From the NCBI RefSeq assembly GCF_963921235.1, contig NC_086108.1, positions 8,246,001 to 8,310,000 on the forward strand: a DNA stretch of 64,000 nucleotides, in the 5' to 3' direction. Under the pieces are notes generated by a model. The model was not told the DNA's origin. It saw only the letters and a program-made list of their open reading frames with translations, and did not search any database. The position numbers and the translations under genes are program-made. Source of the stretch: Mobula hypostoma. Its lineage: Eukaryota. Positions 36,376 through 48,845 of this stretch are shown here, piece after piece (the stretch's first letter is position 1; the number at the start of each line of letters is the position of its first letter).

Positions 36376-37171
36376 GGAAAACAACCCTGTGCACACTTCT
36401 CCAGGTGTGGACTCACCAACACTCTGTCGAGTAGGAACAATTTATCCCTGTTTCTAGGGTGCCACACTTTTGTGAAAGTAGCTTTGACGTAGACAGGGGA
36501 AGAGGGCTAGCATGGATCCCCCAATGATAGGGCAGGCTTGAGGGGCCGAGTGGCTAACTCCCATTGTCAAACCCTTGTTGTCAAGCAAATACATTGCCCT
36601 CGTGGTGGAAAACAGCCTTCACTTCTCGTTGGGACGGACTCCAAGACCCAGTAATGAAGGCCACCAAGCAATATCCTGGTGAACTCCCTCTGCACCACCC
36701 CCAGAACAACCATGTACTTCCTCCAGCAGAGTGAACACAACTGCTTTCAGTACTCCAACAGGAGCTAAACAGAGTCTCGTCAATTTGCAACAGAAAATCC
36801 CAACTCTTGTATTTCAACGTGTGGCCCTTGGATTGAAGGGACAAGGTTGGTGGTTCGGCTACTAGCACTGGCAGTAGAGTGGATTTAATGGGGGGGGGTG
36901 GTGGTGATCGACTTTATGGGGTGAAGCCTATTGGGATGGGGTTAGTTCTATGTAAACAGGACACTAGGTGCTCCGGTAGGGCTCGGCTTTAGGGCGTGTG
37001 CAATGAGCTCAGAGTTAAGGGGTTTAGGGTGACGTCAATGGGGTTTGGGGCGATGAGTTTAGTGTGAGGGCGAGGGTTGATGGTGCTTAGGGTGAGGATG
37101 TGATGGTCGATGGGTTTAGTGTAACAGTCAATGGGTTTAGACTGACGACTGATGGTGTTTGGGGTGGCGGT

Positions 37172-37322
37172 GAGGGTTGATGGGTGAGAGTGGGGGTGAG
37201 GGTGGATGGGTGAGGGTGAGGGTGGATGGGTGAGGGTGAGGGTGAGGGTGAGGGTGGATGGGTGAGGGTGGATGGGTGAGGGTGGATAGGTGAGGGCTGA
37301 TGGATGAGGGTGAGGGCTGATG
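37172..37322 (+). repeat. (GGGTGA/GGGTGGAT)n G-rich microsatellite
   Basis: Directly visible tandem GGG-tract units. Confidence 0.9.
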
Positions 37323-37404
37323 GAGAAAAGTGAGGATGTATGGCTACCTGCCATCACATCTGGGTTCAATATTTCCTTTTAACAGTGCTGCAATGCCATA
37401 ACCA

Positions 37405-37546
37405 TGCCCCCTAAGGGGCCACCCTCCCTATCCAGTGCCCCTCCCCAAGGGGCCCCTCTCCCTACCCAGTGCCCCCCAAGGGGCCACCCTCCCTACCCAG
37501 TGCCCCCCCAAGGGATCAGTCCCCTATCCAATTGCCCCCAAGGGGC
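37405..37546 (+). repeat. Minisatellite of ~31-34 bp, about 4.5 copies
   Basis: Unit TGCCCCCCAAGGGGCCACCCTCCCTACCCAG. Confidence 0.85.
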
Positions 37547-38178
37547 TGGGCTGTATACATACCACTCATCCAATAATGCACCGTTCCCTCACTACCAGTA
37601 ATGCACCATTCCCTGCCCACCACCCCTTCAATAACACATCACCCCCTCCCTACTACTGGTCCAAAACCACGTCGCTCCCAACCCCCAAGCCCTGCCTTCC
37701 TACGAATGTGTCACTCCCTGGGACTTCTGGATCCGCAGCTCTCCAGCATAAGAACTGACCTCGATTGCAGACCTGGCTTTCACTGGCACTCTCTGCTCCT
37801 TCCGGCATTTTGAGCTTGTCAAAGCGGAGGGGACCTAAGAGAGGAGAATAAAATTATTAGTGCCAATTCGAGCGGATACTAGTGGAGGTGATGAGCTCAG
37901 TTTGATCAGAGGGCTTCCTGCTTTCTCCCAAGTCACCATCCCTAAACCCAGATAACTCACAGGAGAGGTGGAGCTTTTTCAGATGAAATATTAATTTAAA
38001 TCCCACCCACCCTGGATCAAGATTCAACCTAATTTATCAATGTTCAAATAAAATTAATCAAAGTACAGATAACTAACTCTGAGATTCATGTTCTTGCAGA
38101 TGTTCACCGCAAAAGAAACAATAGAATCAATGAAGGACCACCAACAGCAAGATGGACAAATAACCAGCGTGTAAAGGA

Positions 38179-38845
38179 GGAGGAGAAGATGGCGGTGCAA
38201 CACAGCGCGCACCGGCCTCTCCAGTGAATGATATCTGTAATCTGTCAAGTAGGGTGCCGTGCACAATCCTGATTTGTTGGAGACAGATGTGAGAGAACGG
38301 AGGAACATCTGGAGAAACTTCTGAAATGCCCTCTTTGCTGCTGCTGCTACTGTGCGATCGAGAATCTCCAGAGGAGAAGGCCCCGAGTCCTTGGCTTTGC
38401 TTGTTGCTTGGCGGCCGGGGCGGGGTTGAAGCGCTCGGCAGAGGACGGCGCTCAGGAGGCTGTATCGGAGGGCTGGTCGGAGGCTCGAAGTTTTCGGATG
38501 GACTCAGAGTCCGCTGTGGTCGGGTGCTTCCAATGCATCGGCAGTTGTCAGTGCCTGGACATTTATAGCAGGGAGAGTTTCTCCCTTTTGCTGCCTGCTA
38601 TCGGGAGTCGATCGGGACTTTGAGACTTTTTTTTTACCGTGCCCATGGTCTGCTCTTTATCAAATTATGGTATTGCTTTACACTGCTGTAACTATATGTT
38701 ATAATTATGTGGTCTTGTCAGTGTTAGTCGTTGGTTTATCCTTTTTTTTTGTGATATCACTCTGGAGGAACATTCTATCATTTTTTAATGCATGCATTTC
38801 TAAATGACAATAAACGAGGACTGAGTGTCCTCATAATCTAATCTA
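38179..38845 (+). mobile_element. Apparently full-length ~670-bp non-coding retro-element (GGAGGAGAAGATGGCGG head, hairpin plus (ATCTA)n tail)
   Basis: Same 17-nt start as 63625; hairpin GAGGAC-TGAGT-GTCCTC at 38816-38832; interrupts an older repeat. Confidence 0.8.
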
Positions 38846-40644
38846 AAAGACAACACTGTGCAAATAGAAAAAGAAAAATACTTGATTATAAATAAATAAA
38901 CAATAAATATCGAGAACATGAGTTGAAGAGTCCTTGAAAGTGAGCCCATTGGTTGTGGACGACAGCAGCGAGAAGAGAGCGTGTCCTGGGTGGTGGGGTC
39001 CCTGAGAATGGATGCTGACATGCAACATCACTCCTTGTAGATGAGTTCAGTGGTATGATTTTCCCTTCAAGGGTATTTTGAAGAGTGGAAAAGCCTAAAA
39101 AAAGTATTGGATACAGTCCAACACAAGGGAATACTGTATATTGAAACATCCAGTGAAATATGTTGTTTGTGTTTACACTCAACACACCTGAGAATGTGCT
39201 GGGAAAGGCCTGCAACTGTTGCCACACATTCCTGCGTCAAATGCACAACTCCCCAGAGCCACCATCTGCAGGAGGGAGGTGGACATGCCGAATTCTACCT
39301 CAGCGTCCTGAGGTCGATATTTACGACGTGTCACCATTACCGGAGAGCACAGCTCTTTACAGCACCCATCAGGGTTCAAGTCCTGTACACCAATAGACTG
39401 CCAGTACTGACCGAGTTCTGTGGGATCTTGCTGTGCATGGGCCGGCTGCCATGCTGCTCCCCTTGTCACTGCAAGACACTTCGGGGTGTCTCCAGGCCAG
39501 GGAAGACCGCGGCAGAAACAAGTCGCTGCTCCACAGAGCGCCACACGATAAAACCCGGCTCCAGCTCCAGAACTGGGCCAACCCTGGGGAAGACACCCCA
39601 GAATGCAACTCCGGATTCTGGGCTTGATTCTGTTCTACAGCTGAAGTAAAAGGACCAGCATCTCCTAAACCTCGGGATTGCCCATTCCTCACTGCCAACG
39701 TGCGCTGAACTGCGACTTAAAAGGAGCAACCAACTCAGCTCTGGAGACCCGGGTTCAATCCCGTCCTCTCGGTGCTGTCCATGTGGAGTCTGCACGTTCC
39801 CGTGTACTCCAGTTACATCTCAAAGGCATGGGACATGTTGGGTTAATCGTCCCCAGTCTGTGGGTGAGGGAGAGAATCGTGGGGAGTCGATGGGAATGGG
39901 GAGAAGAATCGATTTCCGGGATTGATCTGTGAGCTGACACGGGGCTAATGGGCCGGCCTGCCTCCTTCCGTGTCATCAGGAAATCTACTCTGCAAAGACA
40001 CAGCAACTCAAAGCTCTTGTGAAACTACAAACCGATAACGTCACCGACAGCTACAGAGTTAGACATGCGTCTAGACAAAGTCCAAATATTGCAGGCTTAA
40101 CAACTTGTGAATAAACTTGTCATCAAGCACTCGGGTCAATGATGGATGAGATCGGGTAACTCTCAGTAATTGCCTCGTGTACTCACAGGGTGATTTGTTA
40201 ACAACAGGACCATGGGAAAGCCATGGTACACAGACCGAAACACGGGCCGGTGCCTGCCTGTTTGAAACACAAGCCAGAGGCTGCATGTGAGCACTTGTCC
40301 CATCTTGTACTTTCCTGGCTCAGTTGCCCCGCTGTGCTTCTGTCCCACACCACCCTCCTTTCCATCTCCTCCATTCCCATCTCACCCCTACACCCCTGTG
40401 CGTTTATCTGAGCTTCTCCTGGACCAACATTTTCCCTGGTGACCGGGCGAAAGTGGTTCTCCTGAAAAGGTCCCCAGGGAAAGAATCGTCAATGTAGAAC
40501 TTCTGTACGAGCTTGAAACACTGCCTCGTGTCTGAGATTCAGATTTATTCACTTATCAAGTTCAGGTTTACTGACATTCAACAATGCTGGTCCTCCGTCG
40601 TGCCTGATGATGACGGGAAACCTGCGTGGGAAAGTTTTTCCTAT

Positions 40645-41483
40645 TGTGACGCCAAACCAAGCTAACCAAGACGATTGATGCTAATGAGAGAGATAAGAGA
40701 GACAATGGAGAAACATTCAAAATGCCAATAAGAGAGGAGGGAGGGATTAACGGAAAAGAAACACAATTCAGGATATTGACAGACCGGTTGCTTTGAACCT
40801 GAACTGTTTGAAGTTTGATGGACAGGTGATACCCCAGCAGGGGATAAAAAGAGCAGGTTCGCTAAGGCACGGAACACCACGAGACCACGAGACAACGAGA
40901 CCCTGGAAAGAGCGGTGTGCCCCCACAAGTGGTGGGAGTTTGGAGGTCCAGTTCGCAGGAACCGACCAGAGGCTCACAGGGTGTAAAGGTACGATCGGTG
41001 GGAACCTGGGGTGTGTGTCCGCCCTTGCCTGGGTGCTGGGTTCACCACGGAAGAACGATCGTATCCGGAACAGAGGGGTCATAGTCGATGACCACAGCGG
41101 GATAGAAGACATAAAAGGGTCTGCCCGAAACCAACTGCGAAGACATCAAAGGTCTGCCTGAACCAAATTGCATTCCCCCTCTCTCTCTCTAACGGTAGTA
41201 CAGCGATTACTGCGAACTGCACTAAGCTGAAATGAATTCTGCGTCACTGTTTAAGACTGATCATTTTACCCCTAGACTGTGATAGAGCTTGGTTGATTCC
41301 TATTACCCTAGTTCTGTGTATAGGTGTGTATTATCATTGCTAACCTGTTACATTTATATCTTTACAATTAGAGCACTGTATTATTTGTTTCTTTAATAAA
41401 ACTTTATTAGTTCCTAGTAATCCAGATTCCAACGAGTGTTCCATTTCTGCTGGTTTGGCAACCCAGTTACGGGGTACGTAACA
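40645..41483 (+). mobile_element. Solo LTR, 839 bp, with 4-bp TSD (Gypsy-like)
   Basis: TGTGACG...CGTAACA termini; CTAT at 40641-44 and 41484-87; GATAAAAA near 40843 and AATAAA near 41396. Confidence 0.85.
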
Positions 41484-41489
41484 CTATCA

Positions 41490-41948
41490 AATCCGACGAT
41501 GACAGGAAACCTGTGTGGGAGAGCTTTTAAAGTGGAAAAGCTGTTACACTGGGGCAGTTTCACTCTCTCGAACTCAGGGGTCAGGGTCCAGTGGTACGAA
41601 CAAGCGTCACAAACTGGGGTCTTCCCTGATTGCAGTGGATGACCATGACGTCTCCTGTGCCTCGTCATGCTCTTCGCTCTCCACAGAGCAGAATGGCCTT
41701 ACGGCCGTTGGATCTCACTGTAGATCGCATCCGCCCAGTCCGATAGAGCTGACTTCAAATGCTGGGATGGGTATATCCCTGTCTCACCGTGGGGCGAGTC
41801 CCGCCGGTTACCCGCACCTGGTTTAGCCAGCCTGTCGAAGCAGTGTACCGGGGCGTGGCCGCTGTCACAGGCGAACAGTTACGTGCAGCCACAGGTGACA
41901 GCCGAGCGTCCAGTGGGGACTGAAGGTGAGTGAGCTGTCCCAGAAGCC
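41490..41948 (-). mobile_element. Probable RTE-related non-autonomous element; 3' end duplicated at 40590-40640
   Basis: GATGACRGGAAACCTGYGTGGGARAG occurs on both sides of the solo LTR; family assignment is tentative. Confidence 0.4.
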
Positions 41949-42387
41949 CCCCCCTCACCAGAATTGCTACCCCTCCCCTCAATACCCCACACTCCTCCCT
42001 CGGCGGCCCATAAACCTCACATCGTCGTTGGCATACGTTTATACCGCCAAATGAAACAGCGGTCCTCCGGACCAAGGTGCACAACACAGTACCTATAACT
42101 CACACAGAAAGAGTGGCCACTGCGACTGCGCATACCACCATCCTGTTTCTTAAACATGTAAATCAAAATTATACAGTGAAACAAGTCACTTACGTCAACA
42201 GCCAACACAACCCAAGGATGTGCTGGGGTCTGGGAGTCTTGTCAGGAGAATTCTCTCATGGTCCTAATGGTCTCAGGCCAAAACATCGACTGTTTATTCC
42301 CCTACATAGACGCTGCCTGACCTGCTGAGTTCCTCCAGCATTTTGCGCATGTCACTCTGGATTTCCAGCATCTGAAGTATTAAATAC

Positions 42388-42935
42388 AGGTCTGGTTTCC
42401 CCACTACAGGAAGGATGTTGAGGCTTTGGAGAGGGTGCGGGAGAGGTTTACCAAGGAGCTGTCTGGTTTAGAGGGCATGAGCCATCATGAGAGGCTGAAT
42501 AACCTTTGGCTGTTTTCTCTGGAGTACCAGAGGCTGACGGGAGATCTGATGGAAATTTATAAGATTATGTGAGGCACAGATAGATTAGACAGGGAGTATC
42601 TGTTTCCCTGGGCAGAATTGCCTAATACCAGAGGGCATGCATTGAAGTGAGGGAGGTGGGGGTAGGTTCAAAGGAGATGTGAGGGGTAAGCATTTTACTC
42701 AGAGAGTGGTGGATGCCTGGAATGTGCTGTCTGGTACGGCATTAGAGGCAAATACATTAGGGGCTTTTAAGAGACGTTTGGATAGGCACATGGATGTTAG
42801 GAAGATGGAGAGATATGCTCATGGTGTTGGGAGGAGGGATTAGTGTTTGGGTGTTTTTGATTTGCTTTATAGCTAGTTCAGCACAACACTGTGGGCCGAA
42901 TGGCCTGTTCCTGTGATGTACTCTTCTATGTTCTG
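42388..42935 (+). mobile_element. CR1 3' fragment
   Basis: Homologous to 35720-36375 including the 3' UTR. Confidence 0.85.
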
Positions 42936-43706
42936 TCCGCAGAATCTCGTGTTTACTTATTTCCACCGACGCTGCCTAGCCTGCTGGGTTCCTCGAGCAT
43001 TTTGTGTGTGTTGCTCTGGATTTCCAGCGTCCACAGACTCTCTCATGGGTTCACGATTCCTTGTTGCATTGAGTACAGTTCACAAACTTGCTGTAATGCA
43101 GGAAACAGTTCAGCCCATCGGGCCCCATGATAGCCCCCTGCAGAGCAATCCTCATCCTCAGTCCCACTCTCTCACACATACCCCCTCAACTTCCCTTTGC
43201 CAATTACCGTCAATAGGGGTAATTAACAGCAGGCAATCAACTTACAAGCACCTCTTTACAAGGTGGGAGGAAAACCAGAGCACCTGGTTCGGGGTGTGGA
43301 CCAATGTGGTCACAGGGAGAACGTGCAAACTGTACATAGACAGTGCCAGAGGCTAGAATTGAACCCAGGTCCGAGGACTACCACACACAAGGTGCTGGAG
43401 GAACTTAGCAGGTCAGGCAGTATTTATGGAGAGGAATAAAGAGTCGACATTTCAGGCCGAGACCCTTCATCAGAACGAACTGATGCATCAACCGTTTCCA
43501 GGGAGTCTCTGATTCAAACAGCACTCAGTATTGTTTCTGTGGCCTCAAGGCAGACAAGATCCTCAGGCAACGTCACACAAGAACCTCAGGCAACGTCACA
43601 CAAGAACCCCAAATAAAAAGGGACGTTCAGCCATCGACAGACGAAAGGCAATGCCCCCAAAAAAGACAGCATCCGTTAAGGACCCTCATCACCCAGGATG
43701 ACGTGT

Positions 43707-44065
43707 CAGGGTGGAGATGCGTCTCTACCAAAGGAGGTGTGAGGCACTCCTTTCCTCCGCTAACCTGCAGGTCACCCTTGGGCAAGGTGCAGCACCTGCT
43801 TAGCCTCCCCTCCCCAATCACTACTCCAGTCAAGGTCAAGTGAAGCCACGGGAGCAGGTGGGTGGATGGTCATCTCAGCAGCCAGTGCAGATCACAAGTC
43901 CTGGTTATGTGAACAATGATAAACTCTGAAGAGTATTGATAACGGCTGGGGTCACCTATCCCAGAAAGTGATAGGCAAACCACTTCTGTAGAAAGACTTG
44001 CCAAGAACAGTCATGGTCACGGAAAGACCACGATCGTACACGGCACAGAATGAATGAATGAATGA
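43707..44065 (+). mobile_element. SINE-like element with RTE-type 3' part and (AATG)n tail
   Basis: Homologous to 2120-2495; (AATG)4 at ~44048-44064. Confidence 0.7.
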
Positions 44066-44614
44066 TCACCCAGGTCATGCCCTCTTCTCATTGTTACCAT
44101 CAAGGAAGGAAAGGAAGGAGGTACAAAAGCCTGAAGACACACACTCAGAGATTCAGGAACAGCTTCATCCCCTCTGCCATCTGATTCCTGAACGGACATT
44201 GAACCTAAGAAACTAAACCACGATTGTATTTTTCCTCTTTTTTGCACTACTTATAGATACACATCTTATTGTGCTTGACAGGTTTGTTTGCATTGTAGTG
44301 CTGCCGGAAAACAACGAATTTCACCAGCATATCACTGTGAAATTAAACACGATTCCGATTCAGACAGGTGACCCAAGGGCTTAACGAGGGAGGTCTTTAC
44401 GGAGGTGAAACTTCACGGAAAGTTGGCCTGATCTCTGTCAATAAATAAAGTGTACAAAGCTGCAGTCTTGAGCACAGAGTGAGGCTTTGATTTACAGAGC
44501 GAGGAGTGGAAAATTCCAGAAGGGAGCTCCTGAGCTCAGGGTCACAGCTTCCCAGTGAAGAAGCAACCAGAACTGGAATGCAAGAGAGGCTGGGAGTGAG
44601 CAGCGGCTGGGCGT

Positions 44615-45140
44615 GACCATAAGATATAGGAGCAAAATTCGGCCATTTGGCCCATCGAGTCTGCTCCGCCATTTCATCATGGCTGGTCCATTTCCCTCTC
44701 AGCCCGTCTCAAGCTCCCTCATCCCTGTATGCCTTCATTCCCTTACTAATCAAGAGTCTATCAACCTCTACCTTAAATATACCCCATGACTCGGTCCCCG
44801 CAGCCGCCTGTTTCAACAAATCCCACAGATTCACCACTTTCTGGCTAAAGAAATTCCTCCTCATCTCCGTTCTAAGTGGATGTCCCTCTATTCTGAGGCT
44901 GTGCCCGCTGGTCCTAGAACCCAGAGGAAACATTCTCTCCATATCCGACTCTATCGAGGACTTTCAACATTCGATAGGTCTCAATGAGATCCCCCCCCTC
45001 ATTCTTCTGAATTCCAGTGAGCACAGGCCCAGAGCCATCAAATACTCCTCATATGAAAGTCCTTCAATCTCGGAATCATTTTCGTGAGCCTCCTTCATAC
45101 CCTCACCAATGTCAGCACTTCTTTTCTTAGATAAGGTGTC
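44615..45140 (-). mobile_element. CR1 3' fragment
   Basis: SRTSGHSLRIEGHPLRTEMRRNFFSQKVVNLW. Confidence 0.85.
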
Positions 45141-45289
45141 CTTATGAAATTGGAGAGAGCGAGGAGAGATCAAGGATTAATGTGAAAAGGACAGGCAAGG
45201 ATTTCATTAAGAGATACAGCACAGTCATAAGCTCTTTGGGCCCAACAAGCCCACGCCAACCATGTGACCAATTAACCTTCCAATCCATG

Positions 45290-45936
45290 TGTATCCAGAG
45301 AGCGGTGCCTGTCATGGCTCAGCACTGCCCTCTACCTGCTCGGAAGGCACACCACATGCCACCCCTCCCAACTAATCAATGCACACTTAACCATTGGCCA
45401 CCTTAACTGGATTAAACCGTCTAGCACCAAGCCGTTGCCCCCCCCCCGCCCGGTGAATCACCTGGGCCAGACCCTCCAGCCCCCCCAACCTATAAAGGGC
45501 GCTACATGTGCTTGGCTCGCTCTCTTTTTTGCCATCCTCGAGGGACCACCCTGCTTCACTCCAGGCTGAAGACTGCAGAACAGCGCTGGAGATACATGGT
45601 GAGCTATGCATTGAATAGGGTTTTGGGAGCATTTATTGTTGTCCCTGTAGCAGAGAGCCGTGCCTGCCCATTGTCAAGGGGTGGCAGGTATCATAGTTAC
45701 TTTTCCCTTGTATATGTACCTGTACTCTGTCCCAACACCGTTTTCCTGTGTATTGTACTGCCAACCCAACTTTTCCCACGCTCATCTATTCTAAGCGTGT
45801 TTGTGCAAATATTGTAGCCGCCTTGTGTTGTCCCCAAGCTCTTCTCCCCTTGTAGATAAACTCCTTATTGTTAAAACTGTGTGTCCAGAATCCTTGCCTT
45901 GAGACCCACAGAATCTGCCTCATTTCCATCACAACA
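45290..45936 (+). mobile_element. Solo LTR, 647 bp, with 5-bp TSD, inserted in a SINE
   Basis: TG...CA ends; CCATG at 45285-89 and 45937-41; TATAAA at 45491; the SINE body is restored when the insert is removed. Confidence 0.8.
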
Positions 45937-46366
45937 CCATGTCTGCAGACTGTGGGAGGAAACCAGAGCACCTGGAGGAAACCAACATGGTCACAGGGAG
46001 AACATACAAACTCCTTACAGGCAGTGGCGGGAAATTAACCCCGGTGGTGGAAAATCAAAGAACTGTTGGCCCCAGGTCTGCCTGAGGGCTACCCCTTCGA
46101 ACTGGCTCTACATTTGAGGGGAAATCTCTGGCGCAGTTTCCACAAACTCACTGCGTAAAGGGGTTGAGGCAGAGAGCGCCTCAGAGCAGGGGAGCAGAGA
46201 GGAGGGGAGGCAGAGAGAGAAAAAGAAAAGGCAAATTTATGCTCGTTCACATGATCACACGCACACACGCCATACCTTCCTGCTCACACACTTGTGCAGA
46301 CAGCTGCGCCCACAATTAGAGTGAGCTGGAATACGGGGAACCCCAATGACCATTTTCGGGAAAATT

Positions 46367-46652
46367 GGACAGCATGGTGGTGTAGCGGTTAGCACGACGC
46401 TTTACGATCCCAGCAACACGGGTTCGATTCCCGTCACTGCGTGTAGGGAGTCTGTTCTTCCCATGATGGCATGGATTTTCTCCGGGTGCTCCGGTACCCT
46501 CCCACAGCCCAAAGACCTAACGGTTGGTAGGTTAATTGATCATTGCAAATTCGTCCCGTGATTAGGCTAAGGTTAAATCGGTGTTTGCTGGGTGCCGTGT
46601 CTCGAAGAGCTGGAAGGGGCTGTTCTGCACAGCATCACAAGTAGTAAATAAA
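46367..46652 (+). mobile_element. tRNA-headed SINE (well preserved)
   Basis: TGGTGTAGCGGTTAG box A, GGTTCGATTCC box B, conserved body, (AATA) tail. Confidence 0.85.
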
Positions 46653-48552
46653 TGGGCTGCCTAGGTGGGAAGGAGTACATCTCTCAGCAGTACTGAGACA
46701 CCGCGGGTAAAATGCCTCGGCAGGTTTCTGCTAATGTGTCACACGCACCAGTAATTACATCAGCGGTTACAATGCACTCATTAACGCAGCAATCAAACGC
46801 CTCGGCTCAAACACAGCACCCAGAGGCAGTTGGACAGAAAACTTCTGGCTGCTTCCTCTCAGAGTTGTGCGGTCCAAGAATCTATTTAATTAGGATTTAA
46901 CTCAGAAATTATGCAGATCTCTGACGGGGTTTTATAGTTACGCCACCTCACTGGATTAAACAATACCCACGTTCCTCAGACTGTCATAGTGAATTTCTTT
47001 CCAGATCAGTCACAAGCGAACTTACCTCTGAACAAGAGATAGTAACAGTTCAGTGAATCTGTCACCTTCCCCGTACAGGTTTACTCTGTACATACTGTAC
47101 AGTATTCACAGACCTACCCACACACAGTTCGGTACCAACAGCATCACAGGAGATGCCAGTCAGCACTGAACTCAATGTAGAACTGCATTAGTGACACCAG
47201 CTCCAGATTTTCCCCTTGGAATCCTTCCCCATGAGCGTGTATAATCACAAGGCAGTGGAGGTTTGAGATCAGAGTTTTCCCACTTCTAAATGAGCTGCCA
47301 AACACAGCTAACAAGCCCCATCTACCCAAAGCAACTAGTTTTAAGGTGCCAGTAATCCGCTTTTGCCCCTTTTCCTTCAGTATAGATAGTTCTGCCGAGT
47401 TTAAAAGCCAAGCCACACGTTTGAAGGTCAGGAAACATCTATGGAGAAGAATAAAGAGCCGACCTTTTGGGCCAAGACCCTTCATCGGGACCTGAGCTGG
47501 GAGCAAGATGTCCAACCCGCTACTGTGTCCCACACTTTGGTCCAGGCTTGACTCAGTCACCAGTCATTCTGTGTCTCAACAAAATGCTGCTCATCTCATT
47601 TAAACTGATAGTAAAGATCTCTTGTTTCTCTCTATTGCACATCCTGAAACCATTCTCCTAGTACACAGCAACTACAGTGTCTGCAATGAATTTCTCCTCC
47701 TTCAGTCCAAACATGACTTCACCCATCTGGCCTGTAACTCCAGAAAATCCCCAGATATCTGCAGTTCCTCAACAGAAGCCTTAGATGGGACCTGTCATTT
47801 GTCAGGAATCTCTTTTAGAAAGAACTCCAATCAAATTGTTCCCATAATGAGGCCATTTCCACAAAATGATCCCCCTCCACAGGGAGGGAAATACCCTGGT
47901 ATGGGAACACTAATGCCTTTGGACTTTGTAGTGGATTTGGCTCAGTACATCACAATGAAAAACCCTCCCAACCATTGACCACATCTACATGAAATACTGT
48001 CATAGGAAAGCAGCATCCATCATCAGAGATCCTCACCACCCAGGCCATGCTCTCTTCTTGCTGCTGCCATCAGGTAGAAAGTCCAGGAGCCTCAGGACTC
48101 ACACCACCAGGTTCAAGAACAGTTACTACCCCTCAACCATCAGGCTCTTGAACAAAAGGGAATAACTCCCGTCACTTGCCCATCTATTGAGAACCAGTGA
48201 TCTCACTTCAAGGACTCTTCATCTCATGTTCTCATTTTTTTTTTCCACTGTTCGTTTATATTTTCATTTGCACAGTTTGTTGTCTTCTGCACTCTGGTTA
48301 TCCTACATCAATCCTGTTATAATTACTTTTCTGTAGATTTGCCAAGTATGCCTGCAGGAAAATGAATCTCACGGTTGTATATAGTGACATTTATGTACTT
48401 TCTGACGATAAAATTTACTTTGAACTTCAGAAACAGGCCCTTCAGCCCATTGAATCTATAGGATCAACACCCATTTACACTAAACCTACACCAGTCCTGC
48501 TATATTCAGCTACATTCATCACCTAGCCCTATACACTAGGAGAATCTTTGTG

Positions 48553-48845
48553 GTGGCATCTGTTAGTCTCGCGAGACCATGGATCTGCGCCTGGAAAGTC
48601 TTGCTTCAGTCTGTGTTAGAGCAACGTCTGTTGTGGCTGTAGAGGCCCACACGGGAGTGACAGTCTCGGCTGCAGCGACTGCACTTGAAGGCTCTGTCCT
48701 CCAGTGTTGTCTTGGTGCTGTTTTTCCGACGAGTGCGCCTTTCTTCAGCAGCCTCAGCTTCTCTTCTCCTCTTTTTAGTCCTCTGCGTAGTTCCAGCCTC
48801 CAGTGAGAGCGATCGCTTGCGATGTCCTCCCACATCTCGACGTTC
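48553..48845 (-). mobile_element. RTE-clade LINE 3' end with terminal C2H-type zinc finger
   Basis: WEDIASDRSHWR...; FKCSRCSRDCHSRVGLYSHNRRC. Confidence 0.85.

Noticed and set aside
39107..39698. Cluster of overlapping 100-180 aa ORFs in unique sequence
   Set aside because: No recognisable domain; a non-coding exon cannot be excluded but is unsupported
40604..40625. CTGATGA...GAAAC as a hammerhead
   Set aside because: No stem II between the motifs and no stem I/III partners; the duplicate at ~41494 lacks CTGATGA
41860..41948. HDV-like ribozyme at the 5' end of the RTE-related element
   Set aside because: I could not build a P1 3' strand directly after P3, nor P1.1/P2
43561..43606. 23-bp direct repeats (also near 57446-57495) as a CRISPR-like array
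   Set aside because: Simple two-copy tandem duplications without spacers, in eukaryotic DNA
46367..46445. tRNA gene
   Set aside because: Box A/B run into a SINE body; no acceptor stem or cloverleaf
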